From contig CM119381.1 of NCBI GenBank assembly GCA_051294905.1, positions 23,188,001 through 23,252,000 of the forward strand: DNA of 64,000 bases. Direction: 5' to 3'. The notes beneath the pieces were generated by a model, which did not search any database, was not told the DNA's origin, and was given only the letters and a program-made list of their open reading frames with translations. This document shows, piece by piece, positions 40,901 to 50,100 of this stretch. Within the stretch, counting starts at the first letter, position 1, and each line of letters starts with the position of its first letter. The translations under genes were made by a program, and so were the position numbers. Source of the DNA: Botryllus schlosseri (Eukaryota).

Positions 40901-43900
40901 AGCTCGCAAAATGTAATGACGTGATCAGGCCTCATACTTCGAAACGTCAACTTGACTTGAATTGTGACTTGACTCGTGACTTGACTTTACTTGAGTCACC
41001 TTCGAAAATCGATTGACTAGACTTGACTCGAGTCAAAATGTCCAATGACTCAAAATGACTCGAAGGTAGTGACTTGATCCCAACACTGGCGCATTGTGCA
41101 TTGTACTATTCATGTACTGCGAGCGCAGGGTGCATAGTAAACATGGGTACAGGCTTTTTCCCAGAATCTACATGCCATTTTCAGTATGCGTATTATCAAT
41201 GGGGGCATATTATACACGGAAAATTGCAATAGTTTAGGGTACTAAAGCTACAAGCATTGATACTCTTCCCTAGGAAATGATAGTTACCGGGAATGTGACT
41301 GTGGCACTTGTGATGCCCAATCTTGACATGTATCCCCATCTTCAGTGGTGGAAATAAATCCGCGATAACTCATCCCGTTGTCTGCAGTATTGTAGCATTC
41401 CAGAGTGGCATCTTACAAAAAGGCAGGCAAAGGTAGTGGCACATGTAAATATTGGCAGCATAAAGAAGCTCACCTGAGCATTTGACATGCAGTAGCTTGC
41501 TACACAGTTTATTTTCGGCCCATACATGTTCACATTCCATTATATTACTGGCACCAACGTCACACGATGTGACAGAGAGAAAGGTCTGAAATGAATAGAT
41601 TTCCGGTCTAGGGGAGTGGCTTGTTGGTATAGTATTTGAATAATTTGCAAAAGCTTCAGGTAAACACTAGTGCATCGCACCCCCCATCCAACACAGCAGC
41701 ATTTTTACATTATACTGCAGATGGATACAGATATGCGATACTGAAGTGGTGGTACACGAATAATATGTACTCAGAAACAGATCCATATAATGTGACATTA
41801 TTGTGCAACCATAATCAATAAATCTTCCTTTACGAAGATGGTGGGAAAATATGCTGCTACGTAAAAATACCTCTGCCACAACACAACTCCAAACATACTC
41901 AATTGGGTGCAATAATACATATTATAGTAAAATATGTAGTAATACCATAGGGAAATCAAAATAAGATTACGTTATAATGAATAGATAGAAGAGTGTCGAA
42001 ACGACTTGAAGTTAATAGTAACATGGAACGTAAGTCCATTGAAGTGTAGGATTTCTACCATATAAATCAGCGGGAGGCAAGCTATACAATTTGTTAGTTA
42101 TACAATTCAGGAACATCCAATGTATTTTCATTCGAACTTATCATGACTTGAGAATTTGCTACATAACCATACTAACATGCAGAAACAGAGCAATGATATA
42201 CCGTAAATTCTCCGGATTCTGCAACAGGTTGTGTAGCATCAGGTAGGCCAAGCGACAGCTGCTGGCACACTGTCGCAGCTACACTACCGTGATCAGCTAT
42301 ATTGTCCTGCATTGGTGGAAGACCATGTCAGACTGAAATATACTTTTGTCATAAAATTTGAGATACCTCACAAATATACTTCCAATCAGCATTGCCTTTC
42401 ACTGTGTCTTCGTATACTCGGACAGCCCCTTCGGACTTGTTGGATAGTAGAATATCAGCTAAATCAAAACATAAATTGTGGCTGGATTTTGGAAAGAAGA
42501 ATGTTAATTTTACTTTTGCATGAAGGGACATAACAGTCTTTACTCCCGTTTATATCTCCTTGGCATAAATCATCTTGATTAGGTGTGCCGCCGTTAAGAC
42601 AGCTACGTACTCGAGTTTGAGATCCCTTTCCGCAAGATGTTGCAGTTGAACATTCCGACCAGCTTCCCCAATGAGACCAAACTTCAAGACAAATGTATCA
42701 TGTTACAATACGATATTTACTGATTTACAGAGGCTTATAGCCAGGCTATTATCCTTTGAAATTTAGTGCAACAGACTGTGCTGATGAAAATGAATGAAGA
42801 AGTGGTATGGGAAATTAAAATCATCAAGTAAATAATGAATTGACAATTTTGAAACTCAAATCATGCGGATAGATGGCTTCAAGCCCAAGCTACCTCTAAC
42901 CCAAGGTCTTTGGGATCCATGATTTATTTTGTGATTCGTAAAAGCAATGGTTCCATGCGTATCCCTATGCAGACAGCATGAATTTCCATTCATTCACTTT
43001 TCATTCAAACTTCTCACAACTTAAGAAGTTGGGAGAGAAACACACTAACCTGCAGAAATGGTCACAGTAATAAACAACATTTCCGAAACGGTTGTTTTGA
43101 TCATCAGAGCAATGATATACCGTAAATTGTTTTGCGTAAATTACCGAAGACCTATAGCCAAGTTATGTTCAAATTCGTCACATACTTGGACACGGATTGG
43201 TAGCGCAAGCTCTCTTCTCTTCTTTGTGCTCACTACAGAACCATGGAACCTGGTCATCATCGCACTCTCTGGTCCTCTGTTGAAAAGAAGCCCCACACGT
43301 GACGGGGCATTCAGTCCAAGTATCCCATGCCGACCAAGTTGGCATTATGTCTGTGAAGAGCAGACAACTTCATTTCCGATTCCTTTTGTGACATATTCTC
43401 AAGTCTGCTCATTTGGCATTCCACTTACCAAGTTTTGGAGTTTCATCAGATATGCAAGTATAGGAATCTGGTGATTGTGGCAAAAACGGGACCATCGAAC
43501 ATGACTCTGTGTTATCGTTGCAATCCTCTGCCATGCACGGTGATCTATCCAGAAGATGCCACTGGAATAAGATGGATAGTTTATTTCATCTCAAAGAACA
43601 AACAAAAGAAATATTTACACTATGGCTAGTACTGGAGAAAGGGAACTTGGCTTTATCTTGATAGATACTATATGCTGTGATCAATCTGGAGACAAATTTT
43701 CTATATAATGAACTTGACAATACTCACATCATCATGGGCCTTGTAGCAACGTCTATTCCTGTACTCTGATCCTATGACACGTTTCAAACCACGGTATATC
43801 TTAATCCATATGCCGTTGTGGTCGATCCAACCTTCATCCTCTACGGTGGCAAGATCTCGCGCTGCCAGATTGATTTCACATGTGTTTTCGAGGGAGAGGT

Positions 43901-45311
43901 AATTGAAAGACTTGCATCTGCCCATAAAAATTGATGAATATATTGTAATCCCATTTGTTAGAGACATTTATGCACAGGAGTAATAGTCTAGGCAAGGAAG
44001 GCAAGGAGAAATAGTCTACTTTTGCATGACTTATACGTTACTATACATTCTTTATTTGTCAAAACGAACAAGTATCAAGTATCCTACTGATAGTATAGGA
44101 TTTAATTCAAGTTATTCAATTGAAGTCAGACAGCTTGACGAACGATACGGAAATAGGCAGATGAATTTACTCAGATTGAGTCCTGAATTCTGATAACTAT
44201 CACGTCAAGTCATTTATTTTATTTAAGGTGACTCAAATCAAGTCAAGTCAAGCCAAGACACGATTAAGTCGCAAGATGTGTGAAGCACATATCGAGTCGC
44301 TATTTATTCTGAATTTTAAGTTGCAAATATATAGTTTTACTGAGCATGCCAAGTGGCACTGTAACGCTCATACAGACACAACTGCTCAACTATGTAACTA
44401 TTATACTCAATTCATAATCATCCGCGGAAATCGAGGATAAAATACGTTATGGTACCTCAAAACGATGAAATATGTAACAAGCATCTACACATCCATACGG
44501 TAAAATCAAGCCTGCACCAAATGGTAATAAGCAATATAAAATCAATATAAGATGTTAACTATATCCGCTGATTTAAATCATGCAAGGTTCGTTAAGATGA
44601 GCACTGACCAGTCTATAGAACAGAAATACTTGTTAAGGTATTGATTATATAACACATAAATAGATTAACTGCTAGCAACAGCTACTAGCTGTGGTTTGCA
44701 GTCGATTTCTTTGTGACATAACAACGGAATCTCAAGAAAACCAGTCTGCATAATCGTTTGCTCTCCCAGGCTACATAGCACGTCGAAAACAGTAAACCTA
44801 CAGCTATCAAGTCAACACCATTTAGACTACATCATGACCTGGAATTGACTCCGAAATTTTGCTTCGAGTCACGAGTCAATCCAGATTTCTGAAACGCCGA
44901 GTCAAGTCAAAGCAAAGTCACTTTTGCAAAGTTACTTTAGTCGAGTCAAGTCATGTACCGGGTCAGAATACCATCAGTACAAGGTTCCACTTTTAGAACA
45001 ATAAAATTATGTCTGGCAAAAAATGAATAACCAAAGACCAAGAAATGTGGCTTATATTTGTAAAGTGTAACAGTAATAATACAATGGCACACACAGAATT
45101 TTACTCACTTTACATCGAGCAAACAGTAGTAGGCACATCCCTCAATGGTATAAGTGGACATGCGGCGATAAGTAAAACGTAAAAACTGTCCATCCGACTC
45201 CCCATCCTCCTCCGGAACATACACCAAGGACCTGTTCGATGTGAGCCAGTCTGTGGCAATCGTCTTTAGCACTGGTAACAACAATAACACACATGTCCGC
45301 AGGCGAAACAT
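1270..45311 (-). CDS. Large multi-exon secreted mosaic protein (PAN-TSP1-TSP1-SRCR-kringle-TSP1-CTL-FA58C...-kringle-CTL-FA58C-PAN-WSC-CTL...-AbfB-like-LamG/pentraxin); span of the locus, not a continuous ORF
   Basis: More than 35 exons traced by eye with GT-AG sites and mostly compatible phases. The ATG at 45311 is followed by a hydrophobic signal peptide ([19 protein letters not shown]); putative stop at 1270-1272. Some internal joins are unresolved, so it may be 2 or more tandem genes. Confidence 0.75.
5209..5634 (-). CDS. Exons with AbfB-like (beta-trefoil carbohydrate-binding) similarity
   Basis: [15 protein letters not shown] resembles the AbfB VSLES..PGYFL motif; neighbouring exon [16 protein letters not shown]; boundaries approximate. 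Confidence 0.45.
6260..6765 (-). CDS. Two exons (6537-6765 PAN-like; 6260-6478) of the mosaic gene
   Basis: Open frames bounded by AG/GT with a 58-nt intron between them; Cys/Trp pattern in the first exon is only loosely PAN-like. Confidence 0.55.
7670..7875 (+). mobile_element. Degenerate Penelope-like element 3' end/pLTR with decayed hammerhead
   Basis: Similar to 10930-11100 and 23565-23719 (GGTGACGTCATATTTT...CTAGTTGCTG...GAAAATATTCGGGT); upstream [10 protein letters not shown] resembles the end of a GIY-YIG domain; core mutated to CTGACAA. Confidence 0.75.
8151..8337 (-). CDS. C-type lectin-like exon of the mosaic gene
   Basis: [10 protein letters not shown]...LC...IWVP pattern; AG at 8338-8339 and GT at 8149-8150. 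Confidence 0.65.
8685..10195. mobile_element. Non-autonomous hAT (Buster/Charlie-like) element
   Basis: TIR CAGTGGTTCTTAACC...GGTTAAGAACCACTG; TSD CTATAGGT/CTATAAGT (7/8); GGGGGCGCTGG subterminal motifs; 29-bp tandem unit at 8763-8836. Confidence 0.9.
10857..11100 (+). mobile_element. Penelope-like pLTR fragment with short inverted tip
   Basis: 10857-10907 is an inverted copy of the pLTR tail (also seen at 23048); 10930-11100 matches 23565-23719. Confidence 0.8.
11036..11069 (+). ncRNA. Minimal type I hammerhead ribozyme motif (PLE-type)
   Basis: ACCC-CTGACGA-GTGTCAGCC-GAA-AATATT-T-GGGT: stem I ACCC/GGGT, intact core, palindromic stem III AAUAUU, NUH=UUU. Confidence 0.72.
11350..12230 (-). 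CDS. C-type lectin domain split over exons 12067-12230, 11527-11694 and 11350-11455
   Basis: C...G...HLC...DFHAAERSC; [16 protein letters not shown]; [12 protein letters not shown]; phase-compatible splice sites. Confidence 0.8.
12351..12629 (-). CDS. WSC domain exon
   Basis: GCFRD...ECTEKC...GY...YCYCG...YCAVPCAGD...CGG...VY is the canonical WSC Cys pattern; phase 1-1. Confidence 0.9.
12934..13181 (-). CDS. PAN/apple domain (exons ~13063-13181 and 12934-12982)
   Basis: Spliced reading [29 protein letters not shown]. Confidence 0.7.
14888..15504 (-). CDS. F5/8 type C (discoidin) domain exons (15354-15504, 14888-15301)
   Basis: YTSSSY...PW...RWVQIDL...[12 protein letters not shown] motifs. 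Confidence 0.78.
16916..17968 (-). CDS. C-type lectin exons (~17780-17968, 17623-~17730, 17052-17199) and the start of the next CTL (16916-16980)
   Basis: [12 protein letters not shown]; [18 protein letters not shown]...WLCEK; [14 protein letters not shown]. Confidence 0.75.
18148..19202. mobile_element. Degenerate non-autonomous hAT element
   Basis: Left end CAGTGGTTATCATC, right end GGTTGAGAACCACTG; TSD GATTATTG/GATTATCG (7/8). Confidence 0.8.
19864..20905 (-). CDS. Kringle domain 2 (exons 20797-20905 and 19864-19991)
   Basis: ECY...[17 protein letters not shown]...[18 protein letters not shown]...PWCLTT...EYCDVSKC. Confidence 0.92.
21087..22017. mobile_element. hAT MITE family 2 (CAGGGTTGTAA-type ends, GACTCGAGTC arrays), interrupted near its right end
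   Basis: Left CATGGTTGTAATGACTCG, right TTACAACCCTG; related copies at 46419-46938 (inverted), 59786-59920 and ~36480-36716; TSD poorly conserved. Confidence 0.75.
21643..22005. mobile_element. hAT MITE (TAGGGCTGGGC TIR) nested in the TIR of the family-2 element
   Basis: TIR TAGGGCTGGGCA...TGCCCAGCCCTA; perfect 8-bp TSD GTTACAAC (21635-21642 / 22006-22013). Confidence 0.92.
23048..23719 (+). mobile_element. 5'-truncated Penelope-like retroelement: inverted pLTR, GIY-YIG endonuclease remnant, pLTR
   Basis: 23207-23560 translates [29 protein letters not shown]...[49 protein letters not shown] (PLE GIY-YIG, with stops); 23048-23168 is an inverted copy of the pLTR at 23565-23719. Confidence 0.92.
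23116..23149 (-). ncRNA. Minimal hammerhead ribozyme motif in the inverted PLE pLTR
   Basis: Minus strand ACCC-CTGACGA-GTGTCAGTC-GAA-AATATT-C-GGAT: intact core, UUC cleavage triplet, one stem I mismatch. The plus-strand copy at 23658-23691 has a mutated core (CAGACGA). Confidence 0.68.
23962..26494 (-). CDS. Two tandem F5/8 type C domains (exons 26195-26494, 25977-26139, 25763-25918, 24173-24354, 23962-24106)
   Basis: [18 protein letters not shown]...RL...GW...WLQVEV...GIITQG...[10 protein letters not shown]...IFDGN...YIRIYPW...LRFELVG is a canonical FA58C sequence. Confidence 0.9.
24557..24965. mobile_element. hAT MITE with GGGGGCGA subterminal arrays
   Basis: Left CAGTGGTGCCCAAC, right GGTTGGGGAACCACT; about 10 GGGGCGA motifs; left flank ATCTAGAA, right TSD partly deleted. 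Confidence 0.82.
27925..28238 (-). mobile_element. tRNA-derived SINE nested in the hAT element
   Basis: Minus-strand head ACCGACAAGATAGCGTAATGGTTAAGCG...GTGGGTTCGATTCCCGGCTGGGTC (A and B boxes) followed by a non-tRNA core and an A-rich tail; 3' boundary approximate. Confidence 0.75.
28304..28366 (+). pseudogene. Degenerate tRNA-like sequence
   Basis: GCGT...ACGC closing stem and T-arm TCGG-TTCGACT-CCGA; D and anticodon arms not intact. Confidence 0.35.
29300..29502 (-). CDS. Partial SRCR-like exon
   Basis: [18 protein letters not shown] matches the SRCR C-x-G-x-E-x-x-L-x-x-C motif; 3' boundary uncertain. Confidence 0.55.
29626..30774 (-). CDS. Two F5/8 type C domains (exons 30571-30774, 30073-30511, 29626-30013)
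   Basis: CKNHLG...ATSSTS...GWQP...PYIQFEF...[10 protein letters not shown]...YIRI...CLKLEIFGC; PWWELKL...EIAMQG...[11 protein letters not shown]...LHGC. Confidence 0.88.
33214..34940 (+). mobile_element. Decayed piggyBac-family DNA transposon
   Basis: TTAA TSD at 33210-33213 and 34941-34944; TIR CACTAGAAC; subterminal GTGGCTTTTTTGACG repeats; broken transposase fragments [20 protein letters not shown] (~33975) and [31 protein letters not shown] (~34375). Confidence 0.87.
35171..36047 (-). CDS. TSP1-like exon (35913-36047) and C-type lectin exons (35458-35611, 35171-35403)
   Basis: [11 protein letters not shown]...RQRKR; [12 protein letters not shown]...VWIGI...WN...QCARM...SSPCEY...VICQK. 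Confidence 0.85.
38078..39093. mobile_element. Non-autonomous hAT (Buster/Charlie-like) element
   Basis: Ends CAAAGGTTTCAAAC / GTTTGAGACCACTG; perfect TSD GGCTATAC; GCGGCCCGCG subterminal motifs. Confidence 0.88.
39270..41411 (-). CDS. Kringle domain 1 (exons 41288-41411 and 39270-39403)
   Basis: [28 protein letters not shown]...[38 protein letters not shown]. Confidence 0.95.
40389..41088. mobile_element. hAT MITE family 1 copy with damaged left end
   Basis: Colinear with 216-1079 including the internal region; right TIR CCCAACACTG; no TSD match. Confidence 0.85.
42202..42458 (-). CDS. SRCR-like N-terminal half (exons 42367-42458 and 42202-42306)
   Basis: EGAVRVY...WKYICEDN...[11 protein letters not shown]. 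Confidence 0.75.
42514..43350 (-). CDS. Two thrombospondin type-1 repeats (exons 43186-43350 and 42514-42681)
   Basis: [15 protein letters not shown]...QRTREC and [11 protein letters not shown]...[12 protein letters not shown]; phase 1-1 exons. Confidence 0.95.
43429..45311 (-). CDS. First exons: signal peptide and PAN/apple domain (45109-45311, 43728-43917, 43429-43561)
   Basis: Hydrophobic N-terminus; [30 protein letters not shown] is PAN-like; splice phases match. Confidence 0.85.
44190..44960. mobile_element. Degenerate inverted copy of hAT MITE family 1
   Basis: 44835-44955 is the reverse complement of the left part of 216-1079 (GAGTCACGAGTCAATCC...); ends not recognisable. Confidence 0.6.
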
Positions 45312-46418
45312 TTTGGACTGAAAATTTGCGAAACTTGATACATTTGAACATATACGGGATGAAAAGGCCGTATTCTTATGGATCACAAACTATGAATTAC
45401 CAACTTCTGTAACTAAATGTACTTCATTAATTATTCATCCATCTCTCGCAATTGAACGTCCCAACATAATGAAACATCATTTTTAGTATTCGTTTGAATA
45501 AGCAATCCATAGAATGAGAGTTAGCATGAATTACTAAGGACCTTTCAAAATAGGCCTACTCAATATTCACAAAGGTCAGTTGGTACCATATCTCATGAAT
45601 AATTTAAACCAGGACTGTGTTGGGGGTGTAAATATGGACCAGCACTGCCAAATAACTTGAACAGCTACAAGTTTGAATGCTTGTTAGGCTTATGAAATAT
45701 GGACATACAGCAATGAAATTGCTTGACATGAAAACAAAAAACTGGGATATTATTGAGGTGGTTTACCATGTCCTGTCGAAACTTATTCAGGTAGTAGCCA
45801 GAAATGTAAAGTTTGGTCCCGTTTTAAAAGTACTAAAGTCAGTAGAGTCAAAAGGTAGATTTGATCGGAGGTGTCACATACATTTATGAAAGCAAGGAAG
45901 GTTTTCTTTATACTATTATGGTAAATGGGATGTTGCTACTTTTGAAATCACAAATCTATATCTATGAGACTAATGCCAAGTGACCAATGAAATACGGTTC
46001 TTATGACAATTCAACCAATAGGAATGAAAAGGCCTACAATCTTTTCCCTAAACTACTTCTACTTTTCAAAGTCCAAATTGTAAAAGTAAGTCATTCTTCT
46101 GAAAAAAACTTTAGAAGTTGAAGTAGAAATAGCCATTGAGAGGCAAATTCCACTTTAAAAAAAAACAAAAAAGTAGAAGTATTCAAAATATACTTATCAG
46201 AAAAACACAATGTGATAGAAAAATAACGCCAGATTCGTATTTGGCTCCCTCAAATTAGGTAAGAATGACCCGCAAAAAATTGTGCTGACCCATAATATTT
46301 TCCCAAGAGGCCAAATGCAAAGTAGAAAATGTAGTATTCCACGACATATTAAACTATTTCGAAATTGAAAGCTGTGGAAGCAGAACTCAAGTAGAAGTAG
46401 AAGAAGCAATTCCCCAAG

Positions 46419-46938
46419 CAGGGTTGCAACCAAGTCACAAGTCAATCTCACCTTTATAGTTTTGACTTGAGTCAAGTCGAGACATTTTCAATTCACCACC
46501 GAGTCAAGTCCTAGTCCAAGTCAGCGTGCAGAGGATCGAGTCCGAGTCATGGTATTATGACTCGAGTCCGAGTCCAAGTTATTGTGTTGACTGTTCAGTT
46601 TCCAGTTAAAGTCTTGTTATACACACTTTTTATAACTCTGTTTGGTGATATCGAATATAATATATAATATTATAATTCTTCCCTCTTTTAGCAGTTTCTT
46701 ATCGCATTTTCAAGTACCAGTACCAATAGACAAAATCCCAATAGTCTGGTTACTTTACTATTCTTTGAAATTACAATGAAATGTCGGTCTTGGCCGTCTG
46801 AGTCTCGAGTCGTATGACTTGGTTTGAGTCATGCGCAATGACTTGAGTCCAAGTCGAGTCGGGTATTTTGAGAAAATGACTCGAGTCAAGTCAAGTCATC
46901 AGAAATTTCGAAGACTACTTCAAGTCGTTTTTACACTT
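46419..46938. mobile_element. Inverted copy of hAT MITE family 2
   Basis: CAGGGTTGCAACC end; reverse complement similarity to 21100-21640; abuts an AGTAGAAGT-rich remnant at 46040-46418. Confidence 0.72.
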
Positions 46939-47163
46939 GCTATCTTTCATGGTATCGCAGTATTGTGGTGCATTGAAATGATAAATTGTTAGCAATAATT
47001 GGATTGAATTGAAATAAAACATTTTTAAGTCTTTCAATCACATATGAACCTCAAACTCATTTTCCATACACCCATGTGTCTTTTGTTTGTGAAATATCAT
47101 GAGCAAAATATGTCACATATGATTTTCGAACCACAGGAATTTACAGCTGTGAAAACTGCAAAG

Positions 47164-50100
47164 TGCAGACCGGATATGGCGTCTGATAACCTGCTAGAGT
47201 TGCAACCTGAGTCCCACGTAATGGGTGGCTGGGTAGATATACTTAGCTCAGGGTAGTAGGCGCACGTTCCTGCGTTAGTCCTGGATCTGACAACTTCAAC
47301 GTGAATGCAACGACAGTATTGCCTCAGATAGATATATTGGTCGAATAGGTATGGAATATACAGTAGGATATCGCGTATGAGTCTAGTTTGTAATTGAATG
47401 CACGAGCTAATAAATGGTAAGTCGCGTGGTAGCGAGAAGAAAGATATAAGTCACGTGATATACAGATATGAGAGAGAAGGGGACAAATCCCCACATCACC
47501 CCTTCCAAGGAGGCGTGATTAGCGACAATACAAAATGACATTTACTACATGAAGTGAATAGCAGTACGATTACGAAACATAGTCATTGGAACATAAACAA
47601 ATAGCGTGTGGTTGAAGGTGGTAAGGCCTAAGTATGCAGGGAATAAAGTATTGGTGGAAAGGCGATAACGTTAATTTAAAATGCGATATTGTAGCCTGAT
47701 GTTGCAATATTTATACAACATGATAGGAATGAAACCATATATGAGATAGTGTATCGAAAACACGTTAAGGGTTAGATTAAATATAGTCAAAATGGCGAAT
47801 TGGTCATCTGAGGCAATTTTTGTGTTTTATTAAAAGAACGAAAGAAGAAAATAAAATATGTACACAAAGGAATTGACATTAGGTCTCGCGAATGCGTCAT
47901 ACGCTAGAACGAGTTGGTGGTAGCTCGAAAATGAGTGTATGTTATTTGTAAAGGCAAAATCCTAGAAGCGGAATCCAGTGTATGGTTGGGAGCATATTAA
48001 AGTCAAAACTACTTTTCAAATTAATTGAAACACGTGGTATTAGAAGATAGGAAGTAACGGGAGTAGGAAACTGATGTCTGGGTTTTCTAGCGACCAGAGA
48101 CTGCTTTTATGAGTCAATGGAGGTGAAAGGAGAAAATTATTGAAAAGGTGGTCTGGTAGTCGAACCGCTTAAAATGGCGAGATTTGTGGGAAATTTCCCA
48201 AACCATTAAGATTAACGACCATTGAAATAGTCACAAAGGCCGGGGCCCGAAATTATGCGAGCCGTATATATTTTCGGCAAGAACAGTCGTATTGACGCAT
48301 TCGCTAATGGGTAGCCTATACGAATGAATTTTTAAATGCTAATAAGTCCGCATGGGAGAGATAGATAAAAGAACATGAATCATAGCCGCGTCTATAGGGA
48401 TTACGAAATTCGCCGCGTTTGAAAAGTGAACAGTCCATCAGTCTTTCGGAAGACCGAATAATTATTTATATACAGTTAAGCCATGCACCGTGGGCCGCGA
48501 ACCTGCCTGGAAGAATTAACAGTCAATGCTCATTGCTCAATAATGATTGTATTTAGATCCAGTTAGTTTGCTCCGCCAAGGTTAAAACGCGTATATCGCC
48601 TGTTCTGCGAATATTCTTCACGACTATCGAAGTCGACTTACAAATGCGTATAAATACGTGGTGTTACCAAAGTAATGTTGAACTGGTATGTCCCGAAATA
48701 TTGACATATGTGGCGGAATCGGAGAGCGGAGGAATGTCGTATAGTAGAGAGCATTTCGGCAGTTCACGAGTCCCGTTGGCAGACGACAACGAATTCTAGA
48801 ATGCAATGCAATATCGGCAGCAAAAAGGCTATTTAACAAAGTAGGAAAATAATAATAGCAAATAAAAGTAGCCTAATGACAAATTGAAAAAGAAGGTAAA
48901 TACAATAAACACATTGTAGGTCAGCGAACCGGATATGAAGTGGTGAAAATCTGCACCGATAGGGATGAAATGAGCCGAGTAGGACTACGCTATAATGTAA
49001 GCGTAAGTGCTAAGTATTGAATCGATTCCATATGTGACGGAGTGACGCAAGGCGTTTATATAAGCCTTGTGGTGAGTAATTTGAGCTTTCAAGTAGAAAT
49101 TAATAAAAAATTACGTAATCTCGAAGTGAATGGAAATTATGCCGGGTTAGCCTGGTGTATTAATTGGCTCAAAAGTATATAGAAATGGAATATTCGCATC
49201 AAAGCATGTCAAGATGAATGTAATCGTAGCGTAACGCGGGGAATTCGTCATTTAATTATATGACAAAGTAAGTCGTGAAAGTATAGTGTAAAAATTATAA
49301 AGAGAATGTAATTACAATAGCCGAAGTCATGACAAATGTGTGTATTGTTAGGTATAGCCTAATGGCATGTACGAATTTAGTGCTGCGAAAACGCAGTCAT
49401 GTCAAGAAAAGTCCCTAGCGATATGTACGCCGAACGGTATACCACAAATCCAGACATATCGCTGGATCTGCGCGCCATATGCTATCCAGATATAAAAAGG
49501 TTTCCGGAAATAAATTGACGTGTGCCGTTAAAACACGTCGCGACAGTTAATGCACAATTGCGTAAGTAAGAATCGTGCCTCACATTAAAAGTATATATAT
49601 AATATACAGTGACTGTAACGCTTTTGTAAGTACGGACTTCCTAGGTAGATCGAAGAAATGACTCAGATTGCGGTGCGAACGTCAGCATCAGATTTCGTAA
49701 TATCGCGAGACTGAGCGCTGTAGACACACGAGTTTAATTACAACACTGACCCCGTCCAACCGCTTGATCAGGGCGGAAGTTCCGGGCCAGGGTATGCAAT
49801 CCCGTGGCCGACGCTTTGAGAAGACTCGGATACTCCCGGGTCGAAATCGTGCCTTGGATCGCAACACCACCGAAACCACTCTTGATTTCCTAGGTCGGAG
49901 TAGCATATATGAATGGGAAATGTCCGTGGCCAAAATATATCACGGGATGTTTAGATAATATTGCGTCCAAATGGCATTGCGGGTAAAATAAATGTATCGT
50001 TAATCGCATGTAACTAGGTTGTAAAATCTGAGTATGTTCAGATGACATTATCGCGGGTAAGTATGTAAAGACGCAATTTACGAAGAAAAATGACAATTTG

